Assembly (NCBI GenBank): GCA_963514005.1
Contig: OY740791.1
Span: forward strand, 51,026,001-51,090,000
Direction of reading: 5' to 3'
Source: Raja brachyura
Lineage: Eukaryota
Length of the DNA stretch: 64,000 nucleotides
Positions 26,566 to 37,682 of this stretch are shown here, one piece after another (the first letter of the stretch is position 1; every line of letters begins with the position of its first letter). The notes beneath the pieces were generated by a model, which was not told the DNA's origin, made no database searches, and worked only from the letters and a program-made list of their open reading frames with translations. A program made the position numbers and the translations under genes.

Positions 26566-26905
26566 TAGAAACATAGAAAATAAGTGCAGGAATAGGCCAT
26601 TTGGCCCTTCGGGCCAGCACTGCCATTCAATATGATCATGGCTGTTCATCTAAAATCAGTACGTTTTTTTCCTGTTTTTTCCCCGTATTCCTTGATTTTG
26701 CTAGCCCTAAGAGCTAAATGTAACTCTCTCTTGAAAACATCCAGTGAATTGGCCTCCACTGCCTTCTGTGGCAGAGAATTCAACAGATTCACAACTCGGC
26801 GTGAAGAAAGTTTGTCCTCATCTCAGTCCTAACTGGCCCACCCTTTATTCTTAAACTGTGACCCCTGATTCTGAACTCCCCCAACATCGGGGACATTTTT
26901 CGTGC
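26566..26905 (-). mobile_element. CR1 LINE 3' fragment
   Basis: catagaaacatag tail; PMLGEFRIRGHSLRIKG; another CR1 piece lies at 26260-26490 (+). Confidence 0.85.
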
Positions 26906-27011
26906 AGTTACAGTATGTGAAAATCTAGCAGGCAAGCAGGATGCTTTCTCCAACCACCCCGAGTTGAAGACCACTTTCTTCCACCATTTCTACCTGGTAC
27001 TTGGTACTTAC

Positions 27012-27158
27012 TTCCTGCAGCCACTTGTTGTCCCCCAGGATGCACCAAGCCGCAGCCTGATCCATGCCGGTCACCTGGGCGAATTCAGCACAGAGACTCT
27101 CACAGCAGAGACGCAACGCTTCCGATCGCCCGGGACTCTTGCACTGAGGCTGCTCCAT
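27012..27158 (-). pseudogene. TDP2: TDP2-like first coding exon (UBA-like N-terminus) with splice donor
   Basis: gccATGg start, 49 codons (...SLCAEFAQVTGMDQAAAWCILGDNKWLQE), then GTAAGT; resembles TDP2 LCVEFASVASCDAAVAQCFLAENDWEME as recalled. Confidence 0.6.
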
Positions 27159-27911
27159 GGCCGGAGCTGCAGTGAGCGACTCGCCAGCCCGGCAAACACT
27201 CGCCAGCCCTGCAAACACACGCCAACCCCGGCTCCCCGTTCGCATCTGCCGCCGCATGCTGCTTCTGCTTCCATCCCTCCCTCAGCCCCGGCTGACCAAC
27301 ACCCACAGCCCATGCAATTGATATGAGTTTTGAAATTTTGGTTGATCACAGAATTTCTCACGACAGAGCGTGAGAAATTTGTGATCAGTGTGAGAATTTG
27401 TCGAAATGCGTGAGTGTCACGCTCGATGAGGAGGGATGGGTAGACTGGGCTGCCATTGTTGCAGAGGGTGGACGTGGGAAAGGGGTGAGTGATGAGGGAA
27501 AGAGTGACGGGACCAGGGCCTCCACTGCGTATCTCCTGAACCCCCCCGCAGCCGCTGCCGGTGGTGGGGAGACTATAGACAAGTTACTGTGAGGAGGGGA
27601 GAGAGGAGTTTGTGAGTGAAGCGGGAAATGCACCACTGACGGGGCAGGAAGGGGCGTCGCCAACCCAGCCATGGCATTGACTGACAGGAGAAGAGACCAA
27701 TCTGCATGGCGCGGACTGCAGGAATCTGTGCATGCGCGTTCTTAAAGATTTTAAAACCTCGATAACTTTTACAATACACCACCGATCAGAACAAAACTTG
27801 TTGCACCCGCAGTACAGGAAAACGGCGAGTAATCTGGTGAAAGATTGTAGTGCTATCGCGTACGGTTTATACGCAATAGAAAAATCTCGCAAGCCGGAAG
27901 AGAACAAAATC

Positions 27912-27914
<3 letters not shown>

Positions 27915-28000
<86 letters not shown>
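27915..28000 (+). repeat. (GACA)n microsatellite at the Helitron 5' end
   Basis: About 21 perfect units. Confidence 0.98.
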
Positions 28001-28009
28001 TAGATGTAA

Positions 28010-28318
28010 AGGGCCTGTCCCACTTTTCCGAGGTACTCACAAATTCACCCAAGTTTTCCCCTTGATTCAAACCCGGAGATGCCAGCCGGTGGTACTCTGG
28101 GGCTATTTTTTTAATTTGTGGACATTTTTCAACATGCTGAAAAAACGTCCCGACCTACCTGATGCCCCGAGTACCTACGCCTGGTATTACGAGCCGCTAC
28201 AAAATATCTGCGGACTCCTACGGCCTCCTACGGACTCGCTACGGACATTCCCCGAGTTTGAATCAAGGGGAAAACTTGGGAGAATTCTTGAGTAATTCAA
28301 GAAAGTGGGACAGGGGAT
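28010..28318. mobile_element. PIF/Harbinger-like MITE
   Basis: TIRs agggcctgtcccactt / aagtgggacaggggat, TAA on both sides, long subterminal inverted repeat (cccaagttttccccttgattcaaac). Confidence 0.8.
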
Positions 28319-30404
28319 TAAGTTTGTTTGTTGTGAGGTTGTATTTATGTGTCAGTAAAGCTGCAATTAGAATTGCATAACTCCGATCCTGGTTCATGTG
28401 ACAATTAAGAATTCTTGACTCTTAAATGTGAGGAGAAAAGAAGACAAAACATAGCATAGTACAGCACAGGAGCAGGCCCTTCACCAGCCTGGCAAACACG
28501 CGCCAGCCCGGACAACACACACCAGCCCCAGCTCCCTGTCCGCATCTGTCTGGGCCGAACATAATGCCAAGACCAACTCTTATCTGCCTGCGTTTAATCT
28601 AATCTTCCCAATGCCTGCAGATCCATATGCCTATCCAAAAATGTCTTAAGTGCCACTATCATATGTGCCTCAACCACCACACCCAGCAGCGCGATCCAGG
28701 TACTCACCACCCTCTGCCTAAAACAAAATCTGCCCCCAAGCTTCCTTTAAACTTTGCCCCTCTCACCTAAAAGCTATGAACTCTACTATTTGATTTTATT
28801 CCATCCTGGAAAAAAGATTCTAACTGTCTCTCCTATCTATACTTCTATCAGGTGGGGGCGGGGGGTGGGGGGGGGGGGGGGGATTGGGTTTGGGGGAGGG
28901 ATAGGGGGGAGCAACAGAACTGCATTGTGAGCCGACATAGATTTGATGGTCTAAAATGTCTTCCTTCTCTGACATAGTTAACTATGGAAATTCAATCACT
29001 CACTTCCAGACGCAAACATGAATTTTGTTTACAACATTCCCTCTAATTATGTACTCAATCTTCTGATTATTCACTGCACAAAGAGATGTATCCAACCTGC
29101 ATTCTTTGGTAAAGATCTCATATCGACACCCATTAATCTTCAAGTGGAAATAGTGTGTCTTCTGCTATTGTTTTAAACTGGCTATAATTACTTTGAAATG
29201 ATAAAGGATTGAAGGCTGCTCTAACTGGGGTGCTAAAAATGATAAAATAATCCTCAAGGGAACAAAGAGGGGTGTGGTGGGGGTGCTGAGAACAAAGAGG
29301 GAACCGGCAGAGGGGGGTGGTGGGGGAGGGGGGGGTGTGGGGGGCAGTGGTGGCATTGAGATCAAAGAGGGACAAATGGAGGGGGTTGTCAAGAAAGAGG
29401 AGAAGGTGGCAGGCGGAGGGGCAGCCAAGAGCAAGGAGGGATCCAGTGGAATAAGGGGGGGGGGGGGAGGAGGGGTGTGGGGGGAGCACCTAGGACAAGG
29501 TTAGACCTGGATCATCAGGATTCTAATGATTACTTTTGTAACTTTGTCGACGACAGAGACATGGCGACTCTTTGCATTCGTTATGCATTGTAGGCATTAC
29601 TAAAGAATTTCAATGTACCAAGGTAAATGCAACAATAATGTATCATTGAATCATTGAAGGGAAGATTGGTGGTGGAGGCAGATACGACAGGGATATGGAT
29701 CACATGCAGGCAGCTAAGATCAGTTTAACTTGACATCAAGTTCGGCACAAACATTGTGGGCCGAAGGGCCTATGCCTGTGCTGGACTGTTCTCTGTGCAA
29801 TGTTCTAAGATAAAGAAGATGGGGGGGGGGGGGAATGAGATAGTATGAAACTAGAGTTTGACCTTTGAGAGCAAAGTAGGGAAAAACGTCCTCACATAGG
29901 AATAGAAAATGTCTATCAATCGTCCCTTCAAAATAGATTTGGGTCTATTCAAAATCCTGGGTCAATTGGGCATCTCAAGATAAAGATCGGTCAATGTGTC
30001 GGCAAGATGGGATCTGGGTCAAAGGTTGGAAATGAAGTTAAAGTAGCGATTAACTGAGATACAACTGACAGACAGAATAGACTTCAATGTCTCAATAACT
30101 CACACATATTTCTGTGTTCTTTGCAACACCAACAATAACATCAACTTCACATATGACAGCCATAATGCAAGAAACTGTTCAAATGTCACTTCAGGGTAAC
30201 ATTTTCAAACAATGAAGTTGACACTGAGTGACATGGAGGGGGATCAGAAAAGACAGTTGATAGCCAGGTCAAAATGATATGATTCAAGGAGCATTTTTAG
30301 AAAGGAAGGTAGTATTATGAACAGATCAAGACATGGCTTTTCCAGCCTTGGGCTTTGGCAGCTGAAAGTGCAGCCGCTGAAAGTGCAGCCACCGCTAGAA
30401 CCTT

Positions 30405-31300
30405 GAGGTGGCATGATGGCTCAGCTGTAGAGTTGCTGCCTTACAAGATCAGAGACCCAGGTTCAATCCTTAAGGGCCTGTCCCACCAGCATGTAACTCT
30501 ATGCGATGAACACGATCAAACTAGAAGCGGGGGCCGCGCGGAGGTCGGGTGATCCCCTGTACAGGGCCGTTCCCACCAGCATGCGCCTGCATGCGGCAAG
30601 CGCAACCAAACCGGCAGCAGGGGCCGCGCGGAGGTCGGGTGAGTGGCGCAACGCGGCGCAAATTGAGGCGAACTTGGAGTGAAGTCCAAGGAAAGTTCGC
30701 CAGGATAGAGAGGGGCACACAGAGAGGGGCACCGAGGCACGCACACACACAGGGCCACAAAGCCACACACATAGAGGGTCACGGAGGCACTTACAAATAG
30801 GTTCACGGAGGCACGATGTCGGGGCGGTGTTTAAATGTCGAGGCGACTGCGAGCCGACAAGCCGTTGCCGCACGGAATTTTTGGACATAGTCGGTTTTTC
30901 GGAGCCCCGCGCGGTGTGGGGACGAACTCGGGACGAACTCCGCACAATTCCGCACGTCTCCGGCGATGGAAGTGGGACCGGCCCCGCGACGCCGGACGGC
31001 TCAAGCGACCACGTTAGGTCGCGCTAATCGCATAGAGTTGCATGCTGGTGGGACAGGCCCTTAACTTCAGGTACTGTGTGTATAGTAATTTGTACGTTCT
31101 CCTCATGACGGCTTGGGTTTTCCCTGGGTGCTCTGGTTTCCTCCCACACTCCAAAGACATACAGGTTTGTTGGTTAGTTGGCTAATTATAAATTGCCCCT
31201 AGTGTGTAACATAGTGTTAGTGGGTAGGGATTGCTGGCCGGCACGGACTAGGTGGAGCGAAGGTCCTGTTTCTGGACTGTATCTCTAAATTAAACTAAAT
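30405..31300 (+). mobile_element. HE1/V-SINE-like SINE split by a Harbinger-like MITE
   Basis: Head ends at 30472 and body resumes at 31062. Confidence 0.85.
30473..31061. mobile_element. PIF/Harbinger-like MITE (CpG-rich)
   Basis: TIRs agggcctgtcccaccagcatg / catgctggtgggacaggccct; TTA and TAA flanks. Confidence 0.85.
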
Positions 31301-32955
31301 TAGTGGTGAAGCCATTAAATTCGCAGTTTCTCATATGACCAGGATCGGAAAAGCTCATTGAGCTTGAAGGTTAAAGAAAAAAACAGAGATATGAAGGGGT
31401 TTGATAATTAAGATAAGGCTTTAAATTTATTTTACTTGAACTCCAGAAACAGATGCATATTCAAAGTAGGATGTAGAAACAAGGAACTGCTGGTTTACAA
31501 AATAATACACAAAGTGTTGAAGTTACTCAATGGGTGGAGAACATGGATAGGAGACGTTTTGGGTTGAGACATTGTGGTGGGATGGGGGGGGTTGGGGGGG
31601 GGGGGGAAGCTGGAAGAGTGGAGGGGCAGGACAAAGCCTGGCAAGGAACACGTTGAGATGTGGGCATATGGGTACAAAGGTAAGGTCTTTGCTGAGGACT
31701 GATCATTCAGCATCGGAAAGAGGGAGGTGGGGGGGTTGGTGAAAACCTGACAGGGGTTGGGGCTGAGGTCAGACCCAGGCTTAGAGGGGGGCAGAGGGGT
31801 GGAGGGAGATTCTGGGAGGTAATGTGGGGGGATGATGTGAGGGGAGGGCGCATGAGAGGGAATACAGGGGTGAGAGGGAGGATAAGTAGGGTGGGTGGTA
31901 CAGGGGCATAGGCAGCAGGATGCAGTGCTGGTAGTATTCAAAGGATATTTATCATGAAACATCCCAGACAGTAGAGCAATACAAAGAGACTCTAGAAAAG
32001 GAACGTTGGAGGGAAAATACGAAAGATTGACAGTCAGAAAAATATTTTTCCTTGTAACACACCTAGGGTATTGGATTACTTCAGAAGAGGCACTCTTGAT
32101 AAACTGTGAGTAGAAATGCACCACGTTTGCAGTTTTGAGGAATTGTTACAACACACTCGGAGGAAGAATATTTAACCTGCTCTGTCTATGTTGGCTCTGA
32201 CAAAAGTAATCATGTTAATCCTATTTCCTCCGCACTTGCCTCACAGCCGTGCAAATTATTTTCTCTCACCTGTCTATCCGAGGCTTGGAAGACAGATTCT
32301 CTCTGTTCCCATCACCCTCACGGACCATGAAATCCACAACAAATTTACTATGCACATGATCGTGATGGGAATAGAGTTAGGGCAAATGCATAATGTCTTT
32401 TACTCATGGTGGAAGAATCAAGAACCAAAATTTAAGGTGAGAGGGGAAGGAATTAATAGGAACTTTTTCTCTGAGAAGATGGTGGGTATACATTGTACAA
32501 TGAGCTGCCAGAAAGCCCAAATGACACAGAATAATAATTTTACTTCGGAGTCACGTGATTGACTTCGTGAAGACCCCGCCAGCACGCACGCGCGACATAT
32601 CGTCGCTCGCATTTGCTGTCAACAAACTGGGGGTGGGAGTGCACTTCCCCAACAGCTCCTTCAAAAGGTAAGTAATACTAACCTTGAGCTGGTTTTTGTA
32701 GGTAGTTTGTCTCTATCGACAGATTCGTGATGGAAGGAAAAGGGAAAGCCAAACTTTCCAAGGGCCGCGGGACTTTAGGAAGCCAGCGGCCAACATCCTC
32801 GGAGCTGCCCGCAAAACCAGCAGCACCCGTATCACGGCCGGGGAAAAAGGTACGGAGTTGTAGGGCCCGACTCTCCTCCACAACAGCTTGGACGAACCTC
32901 TGCACAGGAGCAGGGTATAGCAGACCCTGACTTCATACTACCATCGCCCAAAGTC

Positions 32956-34546
32956 ATGGCTGGTAGTAAGCAGGTACGACCTAACGTGCCTCGCACACCA
33001 GTGAGGGCTACTTCCCCTCTTTTACAGGTCCCCAGAGGGCAGACCCGGGGAAGAGCTGCGCCGAAGTCGAGCCCCGCAGCAGCGGCAGGCATCGAGAAGC
33101 CGCCGGAGAAACCTGCCAGATTGCAGGCCGGCGGCAGAACTGCTGGAGAGTCGAGGAGCCCTGCAGGAGCAGGAGGTACCTGCATAACACCGGAACAGGC
33201 TGCCGGAGCGCAGACCGGTGGCAGCAGATTTCGGTCGGGCAGCCCCGCTGAGGTGGGTAGCGACGACCATGCACCGTCACACACCCGTGTGGTCAGAAGT
33301 GGCGGTAAACCCGCGCGGACATCGGGGAGCCCAGCTACGGGAGCCGGCACCGACTCATCCCCGCTGCCTTCCCATCAGGCAGGGGGACCGCTACAGTCCG
33401 AACGACGGCGGACTAGCGGCATGTCCGCGCGGGAGTCGTACGGCCCTGCAGGAGCGGCAGCCGACGACTACCTGCCAGCGGACCCTTGTCATCACCTCGA
33501 CGAGGTGCGGTTCACTGGTAGAAGCCCCAATGTTTCAGGAGAACCTGGGGAAGTCGACTTGTCCTCAGCATTTAGCGGCGGCGGTCGCATGGCCAGGATG
33601 GAGCTTATGGTGGAGCAACTACTCCAGCGAAACCTGGATCGACAAGAGCGTGGGTCCCAGCGGTCTAGGAGCCAGATCATGCGGCCGCCTAGCATCTCCT
33701 TCATCCGCCGGCAGTGCTAGAAGCCAGCAGATGGCTGACTTTGATGAAGAGGCCGTGATAGAAGAGCTCACTGCTCCGGAACCAGAAGATGATCTGCTGG
33801 ATGTAGTTTCAAAGTTTGCTAAGCCTGTACGTTCAGGGAAACCGCTGCACCCTAAACTGGCGGCGAGCATCAATTTTCTGGCCACACACCAGCTCCAAGA
33901 CCAGGTACTCACAGACCCTATAGAGAAGTACAAGGCTCCGGAGAATTGTGTTACCCTGAACGTCCCAACTGTCAATGGACCTATCTGGGGGAACATCAGT
34001 CCCAGTATTAGGGCACAGGAGCTCAAAATTCAGAAAATCCTGAAACTGTTGACGTCGGGCATCACGGCATTCGCCAGGACTCTCGATGGGGCTAATGTAA
34101 CCGAAGAGCAGCAGGATGCTCTTGCCCTACTGTGCAACATGCAGATTGAAATCAACTGCTTTCGGAAAAGCTCCATCCGGCCCACCCTCAACCCAAAATT
34201 CGCTGGGTTGTGTCCTACCTCCACCACACCACCACCAAGACAGCTGTTTGGGGAGGACCTGCCCAAGCAGGTCAAAGAACTAGATGAGGAAGCCAAAACC
34301 GTGGGGCTGATGAAACCACCATCATCATCTAGGGTACAGGCATACCGAAGACCACAGCATTATCCTACCTCCAAACTTCGGGGTCAGCCGGATAGGGCAC
34401 CAAGAACTTATCCGCCGACCACTCCCCAACAGCATAAGCCTTTTTTAGGGCAGGGCCAGCAGAAGCCCGCATGGAAAATGCGGCAACAGCCCTACCCAGC
34501 AACACAACGGCCTCCGAAACCACAACACACCAGGCCCCGCCTTTAA
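32956..34546 (+). CDS. DIRS ORF1 (gag-like), probably one ORF broken by a frameshift near 33700
   Basis: Overlapping ORFs 32956-33720 and 33218-34546; PENC..LNVPTVNGPIW and LFGEDL motifs typical of DIRS ORF1; position upstream of RT. Confidence 0.7.
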
Positions 34547-34548
34547 CC

Positions 34549-36452
34549 ATGGAGGTAAGGGGGTCTGGTTCTTTCAAGAAAGTAGCAATTGCAACTTCAC
34601 AAGTAGGAGGACGGTTGCGGGCATTTTGGGGTGCATGGGGTGCTATAAGTTCAGATCCCTTTATTCTACAAAGTATTCAGGGTTATGTAATAGAGTTTAT
34701 TAATGGGAAACTTCCCCCTATGCAGCATGTACCTCATCGCAAGTTTGCGCTCTCTCAAAAAGAGATAGACATGTAGAAATTTTAAGGCTGGCAGCCAAAG
34801 GGGTGATAGAAAAAACGACACATGAACCTCTTGAGTTTGTGTCCAACATTTTTACAAAAACTAATAAAAATGGTGGATGTCGGATTATCATAGACCTAAC
34901 CCATCTGAATACTTTTGTACAATATACCCATTTCAAAATGGAAAGTTCGAAACGGATAAACAGCTGATTACTCAAGGGTACTTTATGGCCTGCATCAATT
35001 TAAAAGATGCATACTATACAGTCCCTATTATAGAGCATCACAGGAAATTCTTAAAATTTGTCTGGAGGGGTCAATTATGGCAATATAAAGCCTTGCCCAA
35101 TGGAATTACAACAGCCCCTAGGCTATTTACAAAAATTATCAAATCTATTTTGATGTCCCTTAGACAACAAAATTATATTGTCATGGCATACTTGGACGAT
35201 ATATTAATAATGGGGAAAACACTTGAATTGGCTGAGCTGGCAGTTACAGCAACCAAATTATTATTCGAGACATTAGGGTTTGTCATCCATCCAGACCAAT
35301 CCAAGTTCACCCCATCTCAAGTTATGGTCTACCTGGGATTCACTATTAACACCAACCAAATGATTGTCACTATATGGCAAAGCATTAGCCATAAAAGAGG
35401 CATGCAACAGCCTTGCTTGCGCCAGGGTGCCGACCATCAGACATGCTGCTAAGGTGATTGGGAAACTCGTAGCTACATTTCCAGCTGTGCAATTCGGGCC
35501 ATTAATTTATCAAAATTTACAAAGAGCAAAAATGTCAGCATTAAAATCAAATGCTGGACATTTTGACAGATCGACATATGCAGCTGCCGATCAAGGCTAA
35601 AATTGAGCTATGATGGTGGGCTAACAATATTAGTGAGTGTTACAAGCCCATCATTATCTGCAACCCATGAGTCGTGTTACAAACCTACGCTAGCGCCCAA
35701 GGCTGGGGAGCAACTGACACCACGTCCAGTTGTGGTGGCAGATGGGATTCTCACAAGTCCACTCTTCTTCAGTCACAAGGAATAAACAATTTGGAGATGC
35801 TAGGAGCTTTTCATGGGCTGCGGGCATACTGCACAAACTTACATCATACGCATGTCCATCTTCAAATAGATAATACCACGGTGGTGGCTTACATAAATCA
35901 TATGGGTGGTATCAGGTCAGTATCTTGTGAAGAATTGGTAAACACAATTTGGCTCTGGTGTATTGAAAGAAATATTTGGATATCAGCAACCTACCTTCCA
36001 GGGAAGTTCAATACAGTGGCGGACACCAGGTCACGAGTATTCAATAACATTCAATAATATTTGCTGACATTATAGCTAAATTTGGTACACCAGATATCGA
36101 CCTTTTTGCGTCTAGGTTGAACCATCAGATACCAACATATGTGTCTTGGGAACCAGACCCTGGGGCAGTAGCAATGGATGCATTTTCTCTCCATTGGGGG
36201 AAATGGTTCTGCTATGCATTTCCCCCATTCTGCCTCATCAGTCGGGTATTGCAGAAAATTGAACTGGATTCTGCTTCAGGCATTCTGATCATACCTGACT
36301 GGCCTACACAACCATGGTACCCGGTGGTCCTCCATATGCTAAAAATTCCGTGGGTACAAATTGCTAAAACCCCCAATTTGATCACAAACCCCATTACTAG
36401 GGAAATTCACCCGTGCCATGGTCACTTAAACCTGTTGGCTTGCAGGTTCTAA
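34549..36452 (+). pseudogene. DIRS RT / RNase H / methyltransferase-like ORF, disrupted
   Basis: VGGRLRAFWGAW, INLKDAY (D>N), YLDD, LQTYAS (D>Y), INNLE, IDNTT, NTVAD, IDLFASRLN, YAFPPF; several stops and frameshifts. Confidence 0.93.
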
Positions 36453-37399
36453 GGAGGCCACTATTGGAGACTGGCATATCACCCAGGGCCATGGACCTCA
36501 TCACAGCATCGTGCAGGGCATCTACCAGAAAGCAGTACCTCACCAAGATCAGGAAGTGGGAGGCCTACTGCACACGAACAAATACAACCTACAACTCTGC
36601 CATGATACCTGATGTCCCGGAATTCCTCGTGGGCTTTCATTATGACGAGGGTCTCAGTTATAATGTCATCAATAGCGCCAGGAGTGCGTTAACCTCATAC
36701 TTCAACATTGGTGTGGGCTCACACCAATTGGTGTCCAAATTTATGAGGGGTGTATTTAATACCAACCCTCCACGACCCAGATACAACATCACCTGGGATA
36801 TAGGAGTAGTGTTGAACCTACTGAGAAGCTGGTCCCCCATGACAGGGTTACCGCTCGATAAACTCACCCTCAAAGTGGTGATGTTGATGGCACTGACCAC
36901 AGCACAGCGGGTACAGACCTTGCAAAAACTACAACTCGACAGAATGGTCTTGACCCCTGAGAAGGTAACCTTCTTCATAGAAGAGAAGCATAGACCGGGA
37001 TCTACAGGGCTGCAGCTGGAATTCCGGGCATACCCCACTGATGCCACCCTCTGCATAGCCACCCATCTCTGGTATTACATCAAGGCCACATGCACCATCC
37101 GGAAGATGGAGCAGGGACTCCTTATCAGCCACAATAAACCACATCACCAGGTGACTGTGCAGACTATCGCCAGGTGGCTCAGGGTGGTGTTGGGTGCAGC
37201 AGGAATAGACACTAACATTTTAAAATCTCATTCTACCAGGGCTGCATCCACATCAGCGGCGAGGACCATGGAGGTGCCCATGGATCATGTCCTCGCTACC
37301 GCGGGCTGGGCCAGTAAGACCACTTTCCAACGCTTCTACAATAAGCTGGTGGCCACCCCCACAACGTTTGTGGAAGCAGTGCTGAGAGCCGTTCCATAA
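36413..37399 (+). CDS. DIRS tyrosine recombinase (open 328-codon frame)
   Basis: Catalytic R (AQRVQ), HSTR, W (AGW), Y (RFY); overlaps the end of the RT/MT frame. Confidence 0.93.
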   Translation: MPWSLKPVGLQVLRRPLLETGISPRAMDLITASCRASTRKQYLTKIRKWEAYCTRTNTTYNSAMIPDVPEFLVGFHYDEGLSYNVINSARSALTSYFNIGVGSHQLVSKFMRGVFNTNPPRPRYNITWDIGVVLNLLRSWSPMTGLPLDKLTLKVVMLMALTTAQRVQTLQKLQLDRMVLTPEKVTFFIEEKHRPGSTGLQLEFRAYPTDATLCIATHLWYYIKATCTIRKMEQGLLISHNKPHHQVTVQTIARWLRVVLGAAGIDTNILKSHSTRAASTSAARTMEVPMDHVLATAGWASKTTFQRFYNKLVATPTTFVEAVLRAVP

Positions 37400-37569
37400 T
37401 ATAATTTATCCCCGAGTTTGGGGTTTTTGTTATTATTTGTATTAATAAATACTCATTACTTTTTCAGCCTGTTCAAGTCTGGAATGCATTAACAAACTTC
37501 CTCCATCAGTATTGCGGCAGTGTGACAGCATGGACGTCGTCCAGGGCATGAAATCACAGAGCTTTGAAA

Positions 37570-37682
37570 TCTTCACAAAGTCACTCACGTGACTCCGAAG
37601 TAAAATAGTAAGATTAAACAAGAGCTTACCAGTTTGAAGATTGATCTTTATTTTATGAGGAGTTGCGACGAGGGATTTTGTG
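37570..37682. repeat. DIRS internal complementary region (ICR)
   Basis: 37570-37606 is the reverse complement of 32537-32573; 37607-37682 is the reverse complement of 37823-37897. Confidence 0.92.

Larger units (their letters stand above)
25181..27447. mobile_element. hAT-like element nested in the Helitron (same TIR family as 7598-9395, opposite orientation)
   Basis: Left end cagggctgccaacattgggtgagagttgggagtgagaa matches the reverse complement of about 9358-9395; right end gtgtgagaatt...aaatgcgtgagtgtcacgct matches the reverse of 7598-7670; right TIR degenerate, no TSD seen. Confidence 0.6.
24195..28004 (-). mobile_element. Non-autonomous Helitron carrying gene fragments
   Basis: Minus strand: A|TC 5' end followed by (TCTG)n; 3' hairpin gggcccc-aat-gggtccc 7 nt before terminal CTAG|T; no TSD. 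Confidence 0.75.
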
